From positions 1 through 64,000 of IMG/VR virus record IMGVR_UViG_3300026484_000436: a stretch of DNA of 64,000 nt. One strand, written 5' to 3'. Below, piece after piece: positions 1 to 8,661 of this stretch. This DNA is from a virus. How positions within the stretch are numbered: the stretch's first letter is position 1; every line of letters begins with the position of its first letter. The translations under genes and the position numbers were made by a program. Under the pieces are notes generated by a model. It had not been told where the DNA came from. It saw only the letters and a program-made list of their open reading frames with translations, and did not search any database.

Positions 1-53
1 TCATCGAAGAAGTCATCCTCGATGACTTCTGCTTTAACAACATTATTAGACAT
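1..53 (-). CDS. 5' end of a hypothetical protein gene running off the window edge (MSNNVVKAEVIEDDFFD...)
   Basis: ATG at 53-51 preceded by AAAGGG and by a TTAAATA motif at 79-85; frame open to the edge. Confidence 0.55.
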   Translation of the reverse strand, partial: MSNNVVKAEVIEDDFFD

Positions 54-91
54 TTTGACCCTTTGCTCGTTTTAAAAGTATTTAAAAAGTT

Positions 92-1486
92 TTAGTTAGG
101 TAAAATGTTTTTAAGTTCTTCAAGTTCCCCATTCCATATATCAAAAATATCTTTGTTTTTCAAATCGTTATATTGAGATTGGAGTTTAACTTTTTGTGAT
201 GATAATTCATTTATTTTTTCTTCTGTTAAATTTAATAAATTCATTTGAAGGTGTTTCTCAGCAAATTTTATACCTAATTCATCACATTTTTTTAATATAT
301 TTTCTTTTTTATTTTTGTTTATAACAATAACACCATCTATTATATTTTGGATAAACTTTATACGGTCACTTAAAAAATCAATTTCTTCTTGATATTTATT
401 AAGTTGGTATTCTTTTCTTTTGTGATAAATTTCAACTCTTTTTCCAATAAACGCTTCAAGTAATTCAATTTCATTTTGAAACTCAACTATTTTGTTATGC
501 TCGTCTATACAAGTAAAATTCTCTGTAACTTTTTTAACTAATTTCAACTCTTTAAAAATTTTATCTTCTTCTCCTAATTCATACCAATCCGTAAGTTTTT
601 TACTACGAATTTCAAATTTAAACTCGTCCTTATCACTCAAATCCTTATAAGATTGAATAATTTTTTTATCTTGTAATTTATCAAGTTCTTTAATATAACC
701 TTTTAAGGTATAACCTATTGGAACTTCTGAAATGATAATCTTATTTTTTTCAACTTCAAACTTCCCAAAAACACTAAAAGACCTTTTTGATGTCTCCCCA
801 GCAATCGTTCCTTTGAAACCATTATATCCAGGTACAATTTCATCTGGTAAATTTTTATTTTTGATGTAATTTTGTAAAACTTCAATTATCATTTTAGGTT
901 TTCTTGGTAAAATTTTTTGAGAAAAACCTAATGAAATACCTTCAGAACCATTTACTAAAATTAAAGGAAGTATAGGCATATAATACTTGTATTCGACCTT
1001 CTCACCTTCAAAATGATTTTCTTCTAATACAGGTGTATCCTCACTCCTAAAAACTTTTTTGGCATACTCTGATAAATGAGTATAAATATATCTACTTGCT
1101 GCTGGTGCAGGTATAAATCTCGTACCGAAACTTCCTTCAGGATGTAAAAGATTTATGTTATTGCTTCCTATAAAATTTTGAGCAGTATTTACTAAAACCC
1201 CTTCAAGTGATTTTTCTCCGTGTATATAATTCGTAAAGTCAGCAATGTTACTAACTACTCTTGCAACCTTTACTTCTTTTGAAATGTTTTTTTCTAAAAA
1301 AGTATAAAGAACTTTTCTTTGCGACAACTTCATTCCGTCAAAATAACTTGCTATTTTCCTAACATTGTCATAAGAAGCAAATGAAATATATTCATTTTCT
1401 AAAAAGTCTTTAATTGATTTTTTAGTTTCATCTACTTTATCCGAAGTTTTATTTGCCGATGATTCAATTATTTCTAAAATACCCAT
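92..1486 (-). CDS. gp52: DNA topoisomerase II DNA-cleavage subunit (T4 gp52 / GyrA-ParC-like)
   Basis: DGMKLSQRKVLY, YIHGEKSL, GSFGTRF and AASRYI (catalytic Tyr), LILVNGSEGISLGFS. Confidence 0.95.
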   Translation of the reverse strand: MGILEIIESSANKTSDKVDETKKSIKDFLENEYISFASYDNVRKIASYFDGMKLSQRKVLYTFLEKNISKEVKVARVVSNIADFTNYIHGEKSLEGVLVNTAQNFIGSNNINLLHPEGSFGTRFIPAPAASRYIYTHLSEYAKKVFRSEDTPVLEENHFEGEKVEYKYYMPILPLILVNGSEGISLGFSQKILPRKPKMIIEVLQNYIKNKNLPDEIVPGYNGFKGTIAGETSKRSFSVFGKFEVEKNKIIISEVPIGYTLKGYIKELDKLQDKKIIQSYKDLSDKDEFKFEIRSKKLTDWYELGEEDKIFKELKLVKKVTENFTCIDEHNKIVEFQNEIELLEAFIGKRVEIYHKRKEYQLNKYQEEIDFLSDRIKFIQNIIDGVIVINKNKKENILKKCDELGIKFAEKHLQMNLLNLTEEKINELSSQKVKLQSQYNDLKNKDIFDIWNGELEELKNILPN

Positions 1487-1494
1487 TTTAACTC

Positions 1495-2577
1495 CTAAAC
1501 TTTATTTATATCTAAACTATAATTTTTAAGTAATTCTTTTCTTTTATCACTTTTTTCTTTACTTAACCAATCATCTAAATCTTTTTCGTCTTTAACCTCA
1601 AACGAAATTAACATTTTTTCAAAACCTTCTTTTTCAATTACTTGCCCAAGTAATTCAGGAGTATATTCACCTAACCCTTTCATATATTTTAAATCACCTT
1701 TTGATGTGTCAATATCTTCATCAAGTGTAAAATAATAGTTTTGAATTTTTTTATTTTTTTGAATAATTATAATAGGTGTTTTAAATCTTTTAATCTTTGG
1801 TAAGTATTCTGGTAAAAATTTACAAAAAAATCCAACCAATAAACCAAATATATGATGTCCATCTACATCATAATCACTCGCGATAACAATTTCTTTATAA
1901 TTTTCATTTGTGATAATTTTAAACAATTCACTTAACTCCACATTTTTGTTTAAAACAGAAACATTTACTTCCCAGGCATTTAATGGTACTCCTTTTAATT
2001 CATAATAACCATTTTCTTTTCTTCCTAATGACGGAATTAAACCACCAACTGCCGATGCTCCTTCCCCAATAATCAATCTTTTCTTAAATTGAGTTGCTGG
2101 AAGATACTTTTCACTTTTTATTTTTTTAGTTGTCTTAGCAAGTTTTTTTAGTTCAGCATTTTCTTTTGCTTGTTCTTTAAGTGTGAAATACTCTGTTATA
2201 CTTAACATCAAATCTTCATCTTTTAGTAACTCTCTAACAATTTTATCCCAATTAACACCATCAAAAACCTTATCCCAAGTCGATTTTGAATTACTTATTT
2301 CAATTTTTTCTTGACTTGTAAATTCAAGTGCTGGTACAAATCTCGCGATAACCATAAGTTTTATTTTATTTTTTATATCAGCGGGTTTGATTGTTTTAAA
2401 CTTTTTGACTAATTTTTCCCTTATTGGTGGAATAATTTTATCCAAAATATAATTCACTTGCGAACCACCATTTCTTGGGTTTATACCGTTTATTATAGAT
2501 AATTGTGAGAAGTCGTCCGTATCATTTGATTTTATGATGATTTCAAAATTATCTCTTTTTATGTTACCATATTTCAT
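1495..2577 (-). CDS. DNA topoisomerase II large subunit, C-terminal fragment (transducer + complete TOPRIM; equals T4 gp39 C-half plus gp60)
   Basis: NGINPRNGG, FTSQEK (switch Lys), IGEGASA, LKGVPLN, SDYDVDGHHI, KYMKGLG; no GHKL domain; own RBS (AAGGAG) and TATAAT. Confidence 0.92.
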   Translation of the reverse strand: MKYGNIKRDNFEIIIKSNDTDDFSQLSIINGINPRNGGSQVNYILDKIIPPIREKLVKKFKTIKPADIKNKIKLMVIARFVPALEFTSQEKIEISNSKSTWDKVFDGVNWDKIVRELLKDEDLMLSITEYFTLKEQAKENAELKKLAKTTKKIKSEKYLPATQFKKRLIIGEGASAVGGLIPSLGRKENGYYELKGVPLNAWEVNVSVLNKNVELSELFKIITNENYKEIVIASDYDVDGHHIFGLLVGFFCKFLPEYLPKIKRFKTPIIIIQKNKKIQNYYFTLDEDIDTSKGDLKYMKGLGEYTPELLGQVIEKEGFEKMLISFEVKDEKDLDDWLSKEKSDKRKELLKNYSLDINKV

Positions 2578-2612
2578 CTATTCTCCTTTTTATAATTATA
2601 CTAAAAAAATTT

Positions 2613-4289
2613 CTAAAATAAACTGTTTGATATTATTTTGTAATTTTTAAAATCGTAAATTTTATATTTATCTGGAATTGTTTCAAAAACTAAAATATCA
2701 TTATCTCTTAACACTTCATTTATTTCTTGTTTAGTCATAAGTGAAGGAACCAAATCGTAACAATTCATTTTATTTTCTAATGCATAAATAGCAGCATTTA
2801 CATCAATTTCATTTTCTGTAAAGTTGATAATGGTATCATAAGAATCTTTTAGTTTATTTAACTCAATTTCTAAAAAGTTTTTTGATGCACTCCCAACTAC
2901 AACTAACCCTTTCTTGAATTCCCTTATATTGAACCAGACATAATTATTCTTTTTATTTAACTTTTCAACTTTTTTAATTTTACTTTTTGAATCAATTATT
3001 CTACCACCAAGTATTTCTGCGAGGTCGGTAGTATAATTTTTTCTTGATGAAATTTTACCTAAAATTTTATAATTATAATCAATTTTATTACAATTACATT
3101 TCCCAAATGAATTATTTTTAAAAGGCCTATAATCCACATCGTGGTGCCATCTATTAAATTTATATTTTAATTTAGTGTATTCAGGATATGTTTTCCAAAG
3201 CATATAAGATTTGGGTAATGTTCCCTCTTGAAAATAAAATTCATCACTATTACCACCACTTAAAACCTGTGTCGTCATCTTATCACCTATAAACATATTC
3301 CATTGAATAGTTGAATAACCATTTGAGAGAACATCAAGAGATAAAATAGTGTCTTCATTATAACGACCTCTCCATCTGAAAGGTATGTTATTTCGAATGA
3401 GTAACATCGAATAAATTCTTGTATTTTTAACATAAGGTTTATTCTTGTTTTTAAACATCACGAAGGTCTCATAATTTAAACCACTTATTGCTATGTTTTC
3501 ATAATTTTCTATAAACATTTCAGGAAGTGCAAATATAGACTCATCTACTAAAAAACCTTTATTATCATTATAAAAATGAAAATTACGGATATTGTCATCT
3601 AAAACCCAATGAAATTCATAACCTTCTTTGATTGAAGTTTCCCAAGCAAAGTTTCTTGCAGGACCTGGACCCGTAGATTTATCAAGTCCATATTCATCTA
3701 ATTTATCATATTTTTCTTTATATTTATTATCAAGTATAATGAGTTCTTCAGGTTTAAAATTTTGAAGATACTTATCATATTCTTGTTCTTCAACCACAAT
3801 GCGAAATTTAACATTCATTGCTGCTAATTTTTTTGCTGTTATACAATTATCCCATCTTCCTTTTGACACTATAAAAATAGGATATTTCTGTTTTGCATCA
3901 AATGACACCACCTCATCTATATTTTGAATTTCAAGACTTGGGTAATAACATAAATAAGTTTTTTTATTTCCAGAAAATGGTATTTTAATTTTTTCGAATT
4001 TATCTTTATATTCTAAAAAATGTTCTGTGTCTTTAAATTCCAAATCTATCATTTGAATATAACTTTTTTTGACACCCCATTTATAAGTTGGGAAATTTAT
4101 ATTTTTAAAAACCTCATCATTATATATTTCTGTAAATGATTTTTTTGTCTTTAATAAAGTTATTTTTTCTTCATCAATTTTATAATTATAATCTTTTTTT
4201 AATGGAAAATTTTTTTTGAAAATGTTATCTAATTCATTTTTCACTTCTAAATCTTTGTCATTTACATATATTCGAATTATCATATTCAC
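2613..4289 (-). CDS. TAGT/GREB1-like GT-A glycosyltransferase, probably modifying DNA bases, with extra N- and C-terminal segments
   Basis: YPIFIVSKGR, GPGPARNFAW, HWVLDDNI (DD metal motif), NTRIYSMLLI, WRGRYNEDTILSL, GGNSDEFY, RWHHDVDYRPF resemble phage TET/JBP-associated glycosyltransferases. Confidence 0.75.
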   Translation of the reverse strand: MNMIIRIYVNDKDLEVKNELDNIFKKNFPLKKDYNYKIDEEKITLLKTKKSFTEIYNDEVFKNINFPTYKWGVKKSYIQMIDLEFKDTEHFLEYKDKFEKIKIPFSGNKKTYLCYYPSLEIQNIDEVVSFDAKQKYPIFIVSKGRWDNCITAKKLAAMNVKFRIVVEEQEYDKYLQNFKPEELIILDNKYKEKYDKLDEYGLDKSTGPGPARNFAWETSIKEGYEFHWVLDDNIRNFHFYNDNKGFLVDESIFALPEMFIENYENIAISGLNYETFVMFKNKNKPYVKNTRIYSMLLIRNNIPFRWRGRYNEDTILSLDVLSNGYSTIQWNMFIGDKMTTQVLSGGNSDEFYFQEGTLPKSYMLWKTYPEYTKLKYKFNRWHHDVDYRPFKNNSFGKCNCNKIDYNYKILGKISSRKNYTTDLAEILGGRIIDSKSKIKKVEKLNKKNNYVWFNIREFKKGLVVVGSASKNFLEIELNKLKDSYDTIINFTENEIDVNAAIYALENKMNCYDLVPSLMTKQEINEVLRDNDILVFETIPDKYKIYDFKNYKIISNSLF

Positions 4290-4519
4290 TCCTCAATAAA
4301 TTCATCAACATCAATATGATTATTCTCAAAAATAACTTCTCCGTTTAATAATAACATTTCAATCTCATTATTAGGTGTTACTTCAACCCATAATTTATCT
4401 TTGTCAGAAGTCAGTACTGAACCGTCAAATGAAGTTATTTTATCTATATTAACATTTTTAATTAAATCATGTGATAAAAATTCTTCAAGTGAATTAAATT
4501 GTTTTTTAATAAAATTCAT
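4286..4519 (-). CDS. hypothetical protein (likely start MNFIKKQ at 4519 rather than 4558)
   Basis: AAGGAGT RBS just upstream of 4519; the longer ORF start lies inside the promoter; ATGA overlap with the glycosyltransferase start. Confidence 0.6.
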   Translation of the reverse strand: MNFIKKQFNSLEEFLSHDLIKNVNIDKITSFDGSVLTSDKDKLWVEVTPNNEIEMLLLNGEVIFENNHIDVDEFIEE

Positions 4520-4546
4520 TTTTACTCCTTTTCGTTTTATATTATA

Positions 4547-4575
4547 ATTATAATACAAAAATAAATAAAAGTCAA
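4547..4575 (-). promoter_or_regulatory. sigma70-type promoter TTGACT-N17-TATAAT
   Basis: near-consensus -35 and -10 with 17-nt spacer, intergenic. Confidence 0.8.
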
Positions 4576-4581
4576 GAACTT

Positions 4582-5046
4582 TTATTCTTTTATTTCAAAT
4601 TCCTTAAGATTTTCAAAATCTATTTTTAAAGTATCTAATGATTCTTTTATATCCCAGGGAATTGCTTTTTTTGTTTTCATATCAATAGATAAAATTGTTA
4701 TAGCAGTTAAAAGTTTTATATCTGGAACAATTCTATAAATGACTTTAAATTTAGATTCCGTAAATGTTAAAGCGACATCAGTTTTATTTTTGAACTTGCC
4801 TTTATTGTATTTATATAACATTAAATCTATACCCTTAGAAATTTTCTTTTCAGCAGTTTTCCAATCTAAATTTGTTCTTTCTTCAACTTTCTCGGCAAAA
4901 TTATGGTCTTTTGTATTATAAAAAGTTATTCTAAATCCATAATCGTTTTTTCCGACATACCTCATTCTTTTAAAGTTTTTAGAATCAGAAAAAGTACCAT
5001 TTCCTTTTCTAACGATATTTATTGCCTCAAGGATTTTTTTAAGCAT
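4582..5046 (-). CDS. hypothetical basic protein, candidate internal head protein
   Basis: ORF with RBS; TTAAATA upstream; N-terminus MLKKILE-A and C-terminal IKE/LKE sites. Confidence 0.55.
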   Translation of the reverse strand: MLKKILEAINIVRKGNGTFSDSKNFKRMRYVGKNDYGFRITFYNTKDHNFAEKVEERTNLDWKTAEKKISKGIDLMLYKYNKGKFKNKTDVALTFTESKFKVIYRIVPDIKLLTAITILSIDMKTKKAIPWDIKESLDTLKIDFENLKEFEIKE

Positions 5047-5061
5047 AAAGTTCCTTTTTGA

Positions 5062-5208
5062 TTATTTAAAACGATATAATAATTCCCCGTGCCCATCTTT
5101 TTGAATTTTTACCTTATATTCAATTGAATTGATTTGTCCCCGTGCATTCACTTCATCCATTTTAAATGCTTTCAATCCAAGATAACATATTATAGTCATT
5201 AAATTCAT
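5062..5208 (-). CDS. 48-aa hypothetical protein missed by the ORF track (MNLMTIICYLGLKAFKMDEV...LLYRFK)
   Basis: perfect AAGGAGG RBS, ATG at 5208, TAA at 5064-5062; fills the gap between its neighbours. Confidence 0.65.
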   Translation of the reverse strand: MNLMTIICYLGLKAFKMDEVNARGQINSIEYKVKIQKDGHGELLYRFK

Positions 5209-5218
5209 TTTTACCTCC

Positions 5219-5473
5219 TTAAATTTTACTTATAAACTCATTTATTTTAAATCTTATTTTATCAAATAATGATATTTTTTTACTATGGGTGTTATAAAAT
5301 TCTTTACCTAGATTTGTAATATCCCAATGGTCGCCGCGAATGTTTATAAAATTGGCACCCTTTAACATATCAAAAAAAGCATCTCCAATGTCATTAATTA
5401 AAATTGAAACTTCACCTTTTTCGTTATCTCCTATATATTTTACTGCTAATTTAATATCAACTTTTTTCATCAT
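5219..5473 (-). CDS. small hypothetical protein, possibly winged-helix-like
   Basis: abuts the topoisomerase N-fragment stop; ...FINIRGDHWDITNLGKEFY resembles a wHTH wing. Confidence 0.55.
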   Translation of the reverse strand: MMKKVDIKLAVKYIGDNEKGEVSILINDIGDAFFDMLKGANFINIRGDHWDITNLGKEFYNTHSKKISLFDKIRFKINEFISKI

Positions 5474-6178
5474 TTAAAACTCCACCTCAGATGATTTAAC
5501 TATTTCATCATTAAGTATAAATTTTATTTCAGGGTAAGTTTCTGCTAATAATCTAATTCTTGTTTTGATAACTTTTAAATCATTATCAGAAAACTCTTCT
5601 TTTTCAAATCTTTTAAAATCAGGCTCACAATATACATAAACCCCACTTGGCGAAATTTTCGATTCTTGTATTTTGAATTTTGAAGCATTATCTTCCCATT
5701 CGCAAGTTACTTTTAAGTTATTATTTTTATTTTCACCTATAAATTTTTTTGAAAATATATTTGTTAAAGCGGCACCCATACCATTCGTACCAATAGATTT
5801 TCTATTATCATCATTGAAATTACTTCCTGCTCTCAATTCACTCCAAGCAACCTCACACATATAATTGTCGTCAATTTTTTCATTTGGTATTCCACCACCA
5901 TTATCTTCCACACTAAAATAATTTTTTTGTAACTCAATTTTAATTCTTGGATTCCCTTTGGGTGCTTTAAGATTATTATCCACAAAATAATCAACACTAT
6001 TATCTAAAATCTCTTCAAAAATTTTAACTAAACCAGGTGTATAAGATATCTTTTGATTAACATATTTATTATCTTCAACGAGATATCTTTCTTCGTCAAT
6101 AACCTTTATGCTTCCTATATAAACATTTGCTCTTTTCAGCACATGTTCTTTATCTGATAATACTTGAATTTGTCTCAT
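5474..6178 (-). CDS. gp39: DNA topoisomerase II large subunit, N-terminal GHKL ATPase fragment (T4 gp39 N-half)
   Basis: LSDKEHVLKRANVYIGS, EEILDNSVD, EDNGGGIP, AGSNF, GTNGMGAALTNIFS; ends at the GHKL boundary (FILNDEIV). Confidence 0.93.
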   Translation of the reverse strand: MRQIQVLSDKEHVLKRANVYIGSIKVIDEERYLVEDNKYVNQKISYTPGLVKIFEEILDNSVDYFVDNNLKAPKGNPRIKIELQKNYFSVEDNGGGIPNEKIDDNYMCEVAWSELRAGSNFNDDNRKSIGTNGMGAALTNIFSKKFIGENKNNNLKVTCEWEDNASKFKIQESKISPSGVYVYCEPDFKRFEKEEFSDNDLKVIKTRIRLLAETYPEIKFILNDEIVKSSEVEF

Positions 6179-6359
6179 TTGTACTCCTTTTAACCCAAAT
6201 TTTTTGATTATTTACAATTTTTTGCTCATACCCGTGTTCTATTGCTATTTTTGCTATTTTTGTTTCAAGTTTTTCTATATTATACAAATACAGAAATAGC
6301 ATTGATAAAATCAATACAAATATCATACCACCAAAGGTTTCTGAAATTGATTTAAACAT
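6150..6359 (-). CDS. small membrane-anchored hypothetical protein
   Basis: hydrophobic stretch FGGMIFVLILSMLFLYLY; GGAGG RBS. Confidence 0.6.
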   Translation of the reverse strand: MFKSISETFGGMIFVLILSMLFLYLYNIEKLETKIAKIAIEHGYEQKIVNNQKIWVKRSTNETNSSIIR

Positions 6360-6368
6360 TTTCCCTCC

Positions 6369-6872
6369 TCATCCTTTTATTTCAAAGTTAAATTCTGTTT
6401 CAGGGTAATTTAATAATTCTTCAAGTGTATTCTTAACACTATCTTTAATAGTTTTTTCGATAGACTTTTTTGAAACATTTCCCATTAACTCGCTTATTTT
6501 TTCAAGATATAATTCTTCCATTGCTTTGATCTTTTTCAATAATTTTTCGTTATTCTTTTCAAGTTCTTTAATGATTTTATCTTGTTTTGAAACTACACTA
6601 TTTTTCCCGATTTCCGAATCTAAAACTTGAGAATTTTCAAGTCTTTTGATATAATCTTTCATTCTTCTATTTTCTGTTTCTAAAAATAAGTTTTTTTCAT
6701 TTATATCTGATTTTGATTTCATTAAGTCTTGTTTTTGACTTTTGCATTCTTCTAATTCTTCAATTTTTTCATTATAGTAATTTATGAATTTTGATAATTC
6801 ATCTTTTCTCACTTCATAAACATTTCCTGTAAGTTTATCAAGTGCTCTAACTTCTAAATTAAATTTACTCAT
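6369..6872 (-). CDS. coiled-coil hypothetical protein
   Basis: heptad-rich; AAGGA RBS; own sigma70 promoter. Confidence 0.6.
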   Translation of the reverse strand: MSKFNLEVRALDKLTGNVYEVRKDELSKFINYYNEKIEELEECKSQKQDLMKSKSDINEKNLFLETENRRMKDYIKRLENSQVLDSEIGKNSVVSKQDKIIKELEKNNEKLLKKIKAMEELYLEKISELMGNVSKKSIEKTIKDSVKNTLEELLNYPETEFNFEIKG

Positions 6873-6902
6873 GTGTTATCCTTTTATGTTATTTACAATA
6901 TA

Positions 6903-6931
6903 ATTATAACATAAAAAAAATAAAAGGTCAA
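6903..6931 (-). promoter_or_regulatory. sigma70-type promoter TTGACC-N17-TATAAT with extended -10 (TGt)
   Basis: read directly from the intergenic sequence. Confidence 0.8.
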
Positions 6932-6937
6932 GGCCTT

Positions 6938-7123
6938 TTATGATTTATTTTCAATTTTTTCAATAATTTCATTGAGTTCTTCTTCTATATGTTTAACTTT
7001 ATTTTTTAATCGAGTATTTTCCTCATTTAATTTAAAAATAATTTTGTTTAGATTGTTAATTTCACTTTTAGCATCCACAAATGAAATAATTTTATTTTTA
7101 AATTTTTCAATATATTTATTCAT
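6938..7123 (-). CDS. short coiled-coil hypothetical protein (likely start MNKYIEKF)
   Basis: ATG overlaps the end of the upstream HTH gene. Confidence 0.5.
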   Translation of the reverse strand: MNKYIEKFKNKIISFVDAKSEINNLNKIIFKLNEENTRLKNKVKHIEEELNEIIEKIENKS

Positions 7124-7328
7124 TATTTGCCTTCTTTTTTGTTTTTTTAGTTTCAGGTTTAACTTCACAACTTGCTAAAAATTCTGCGATATGTTTAGGT
7201 GAAATTTTATAAACCCTTGATGAAATTTTATAACAACCCAATTTTCTTCTTTTGATATAATCTCTAACTGCCCAATCTGATAAACTTAAAAACTCAGCAA
7301 CTTGCTGAACTGTCATCAACTCATCCAT
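7116..7328 (-). CDS. excisionase-like / HTH_17 DNA-binding protein
   Basis: LMTVQQVAEFLSLSDWAVRDYIKRRKLGCYKISSRVYKI fits the Xis/MerR-like HTH pattern. Confidence 0.8.
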   Translation of the reverse strand: MDELMTVQQVAEFLSLSDWAVRDYIKRRKLGCYKISSRVYKISPKHIAEFLASCEVKPETKKTKKKANNE

Positions 7329-7337
7329 AAATTCTCC

Positions 7338-8021
7338 TTAAAATAAAATTCCTTCTTCTGATATATTCTGATATTTTATATATGAATAATCATTAAGATA
7401 TTTCTCTTGTTTTTCTTTTTCAACTTTTCTTGCTGTAATTTCGTTCCTTGCACCTGTGAATGCAAAAGTTGATAATAATGTAAATCCACCTGAAATTTTA
7501 CCACCCTGCCAATCAAATAAATTCACCTTCGGTACATAATATATAACATTATCTCCAGGATTTATATCGCATTTTAACTTATTATAAAAAGTTATCAAAA
7601 ATCTATTATCTTCAAGTTTTTTACATTCTTTGACAGAATAAGTTCTATTATGAATTTCAAGCATTTCATATTCTTTAAAACATCTATTCATAATCAACTT
7701 GTTATCTTTTTGGAGTCCTTTTTCAAGAATGAAATTACCTGTTTCAACTTTTTTGAAATTATTTTTAACCCTATAAGGTTTAAATTTATACCAATTTGTA
7801 AGAAATAAATAAGTCCCCGAACTTCTCATTAAATCTTTAACCATCCCATAATAATTTTTAAAATTAGGTTTATTTAAAATTTTTTCTTGTATAGTCATAA
7901 AAGCAATTGCTAATTCTTCTGAAACGACTTTTTTGTCTTTGCCTTTATTGGCATCCATATCGCGAAGAATTAGAGATGTAACTTGCTTATCATCCATATA
8001 CATTCTTTTTTGTTTTGCCAT
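7338..8021 (-). CDS. gp55: late-transcription sigma factor, T4 gp55-like, with a ~90-aa insertion
   Basis: YMDDKQV..ELAIAFMTIQEKILNKPNFKNY..KDLMRSSG..NWYKFKP and GFTLLSTFAFTGARNEITARKVEK align by eye with gp55 [42 protein letters not shown] and [23 protein letters not shown]. Confidence 0.7.
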   Translation of the reverse strand: MAKQKRMYMDDKQVTSLILRDMDANKGKDKKVVSEELAIAFMTIQEKILNKPNFKNYYGMVKDLMRSSGTYLFLTNWYKFKPYRVKNNFKKVETGNFILEKGLQKDNKLIMNRCFKEYEMLEIHNRTYSVKECKKLEDNRFLITFYNKLKCDINPGDNVIYYVPKVNLFDWQGGKISGGFTLLSTFAFTGARNEITARKVEKEKQEKYLNDYSYIKYQNISEEGILF

Positions 8022-8075
8022 TTTGATTCCTTTTTTATTTATAATTATAATATAAAATCAAAAATAAATTAACTT

Positions 8076-8648
8076 TTATTTCGGAGGACTTATTTTTTCA
8101 TCAAGTTGGTACCCAACTATTTGAAACTCTATCGAAAATGTCTGATTTCCTGAACCACCATAAGTATTGACCCATTTCGGTAAAGTTTTTGGATATAGTG
8201 TAAAATTGCCGCCAAAAACTTTTTCACCTTCAGGAGTGAATCTATTTATTTCCAATTCAATCGAATAATGATGCAAGTTCCCAGGTGCTATACCCGTGTA
8301 TTTCCTCAAATTAGAATCTGTTACAATTTTATTGAGTGTTTGAAAAATTTTACCATCTTCAACTTCGATAAATGTTATTGAAACATCTTTGGGTGGTTTC
8401 CAAGATTTTGGGTATTCAAAAGCAAAAAAATCGAAGTATTGAATAGAACTATAATCTATTGAACCTTCATCGATTGATATTTCTTCAATCAACATAAATT
8501 CATTTCCTGCTGCCCCCACAAGGTTCAAGTCATTAACATTAATCGATAAATTTTTACCAACACTAACTATTTTTGCATAGAAAGTGTCGGTCCTAGCAGG
8601 AGGTTTATAAATGGATTTAACATTTATGTATTTTGTAATATCACCCAT
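8076..8648 (-). CDS. tail-tube-fold protein (second tube / gp54-like)
   Basis: directly follows the tube gene; similar size; DVSITFIEVEDG and FSIEFQI tube-like strands. Confidence 0.6.
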   Translation of the reverse strand: MGDITKYINVKSIYKPPARTDTFYAKIVSVGKNLSINVNDLNLVGAAGNEFMLIEEISIDEGSIDYSSIQYFDFFAFEYPKSWKPPKDVSITFIEVEDGKIFQTLNKIVTDSNLRKYTGIAPGNLHHYSIELEINRFTPEGEKVFGGNFTLYPKTLPKWVNTYGGSGNQTFSIEFQIVGYQLDEKISPPK

Positions 8649-8661
8649 TTAAAATTCCTTT

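Noticed and set aside
5084-5145. GC-rich 9-mer TCCCCGTGC occurring twice 53 bp apart
   Set aside because: Only two copies, inside a small ORF and in different frames; cannot be told from chance.
2578-5473. Intein or self-splicing intron rejoining the topoisomerase halves
   Set aside because: No Cys/Ser intein start or HN end at the junctions and no recognisable intron core; the downstream half has its own promoter and RBS. RT-PCR would be needed to exclude it fully.
7116-7328. Excisionase as evidence of a prophage or integrative element
   Set aside because: No integrase, att site or host genes in the window; such HTH proteins are common regulators in lytic phages.
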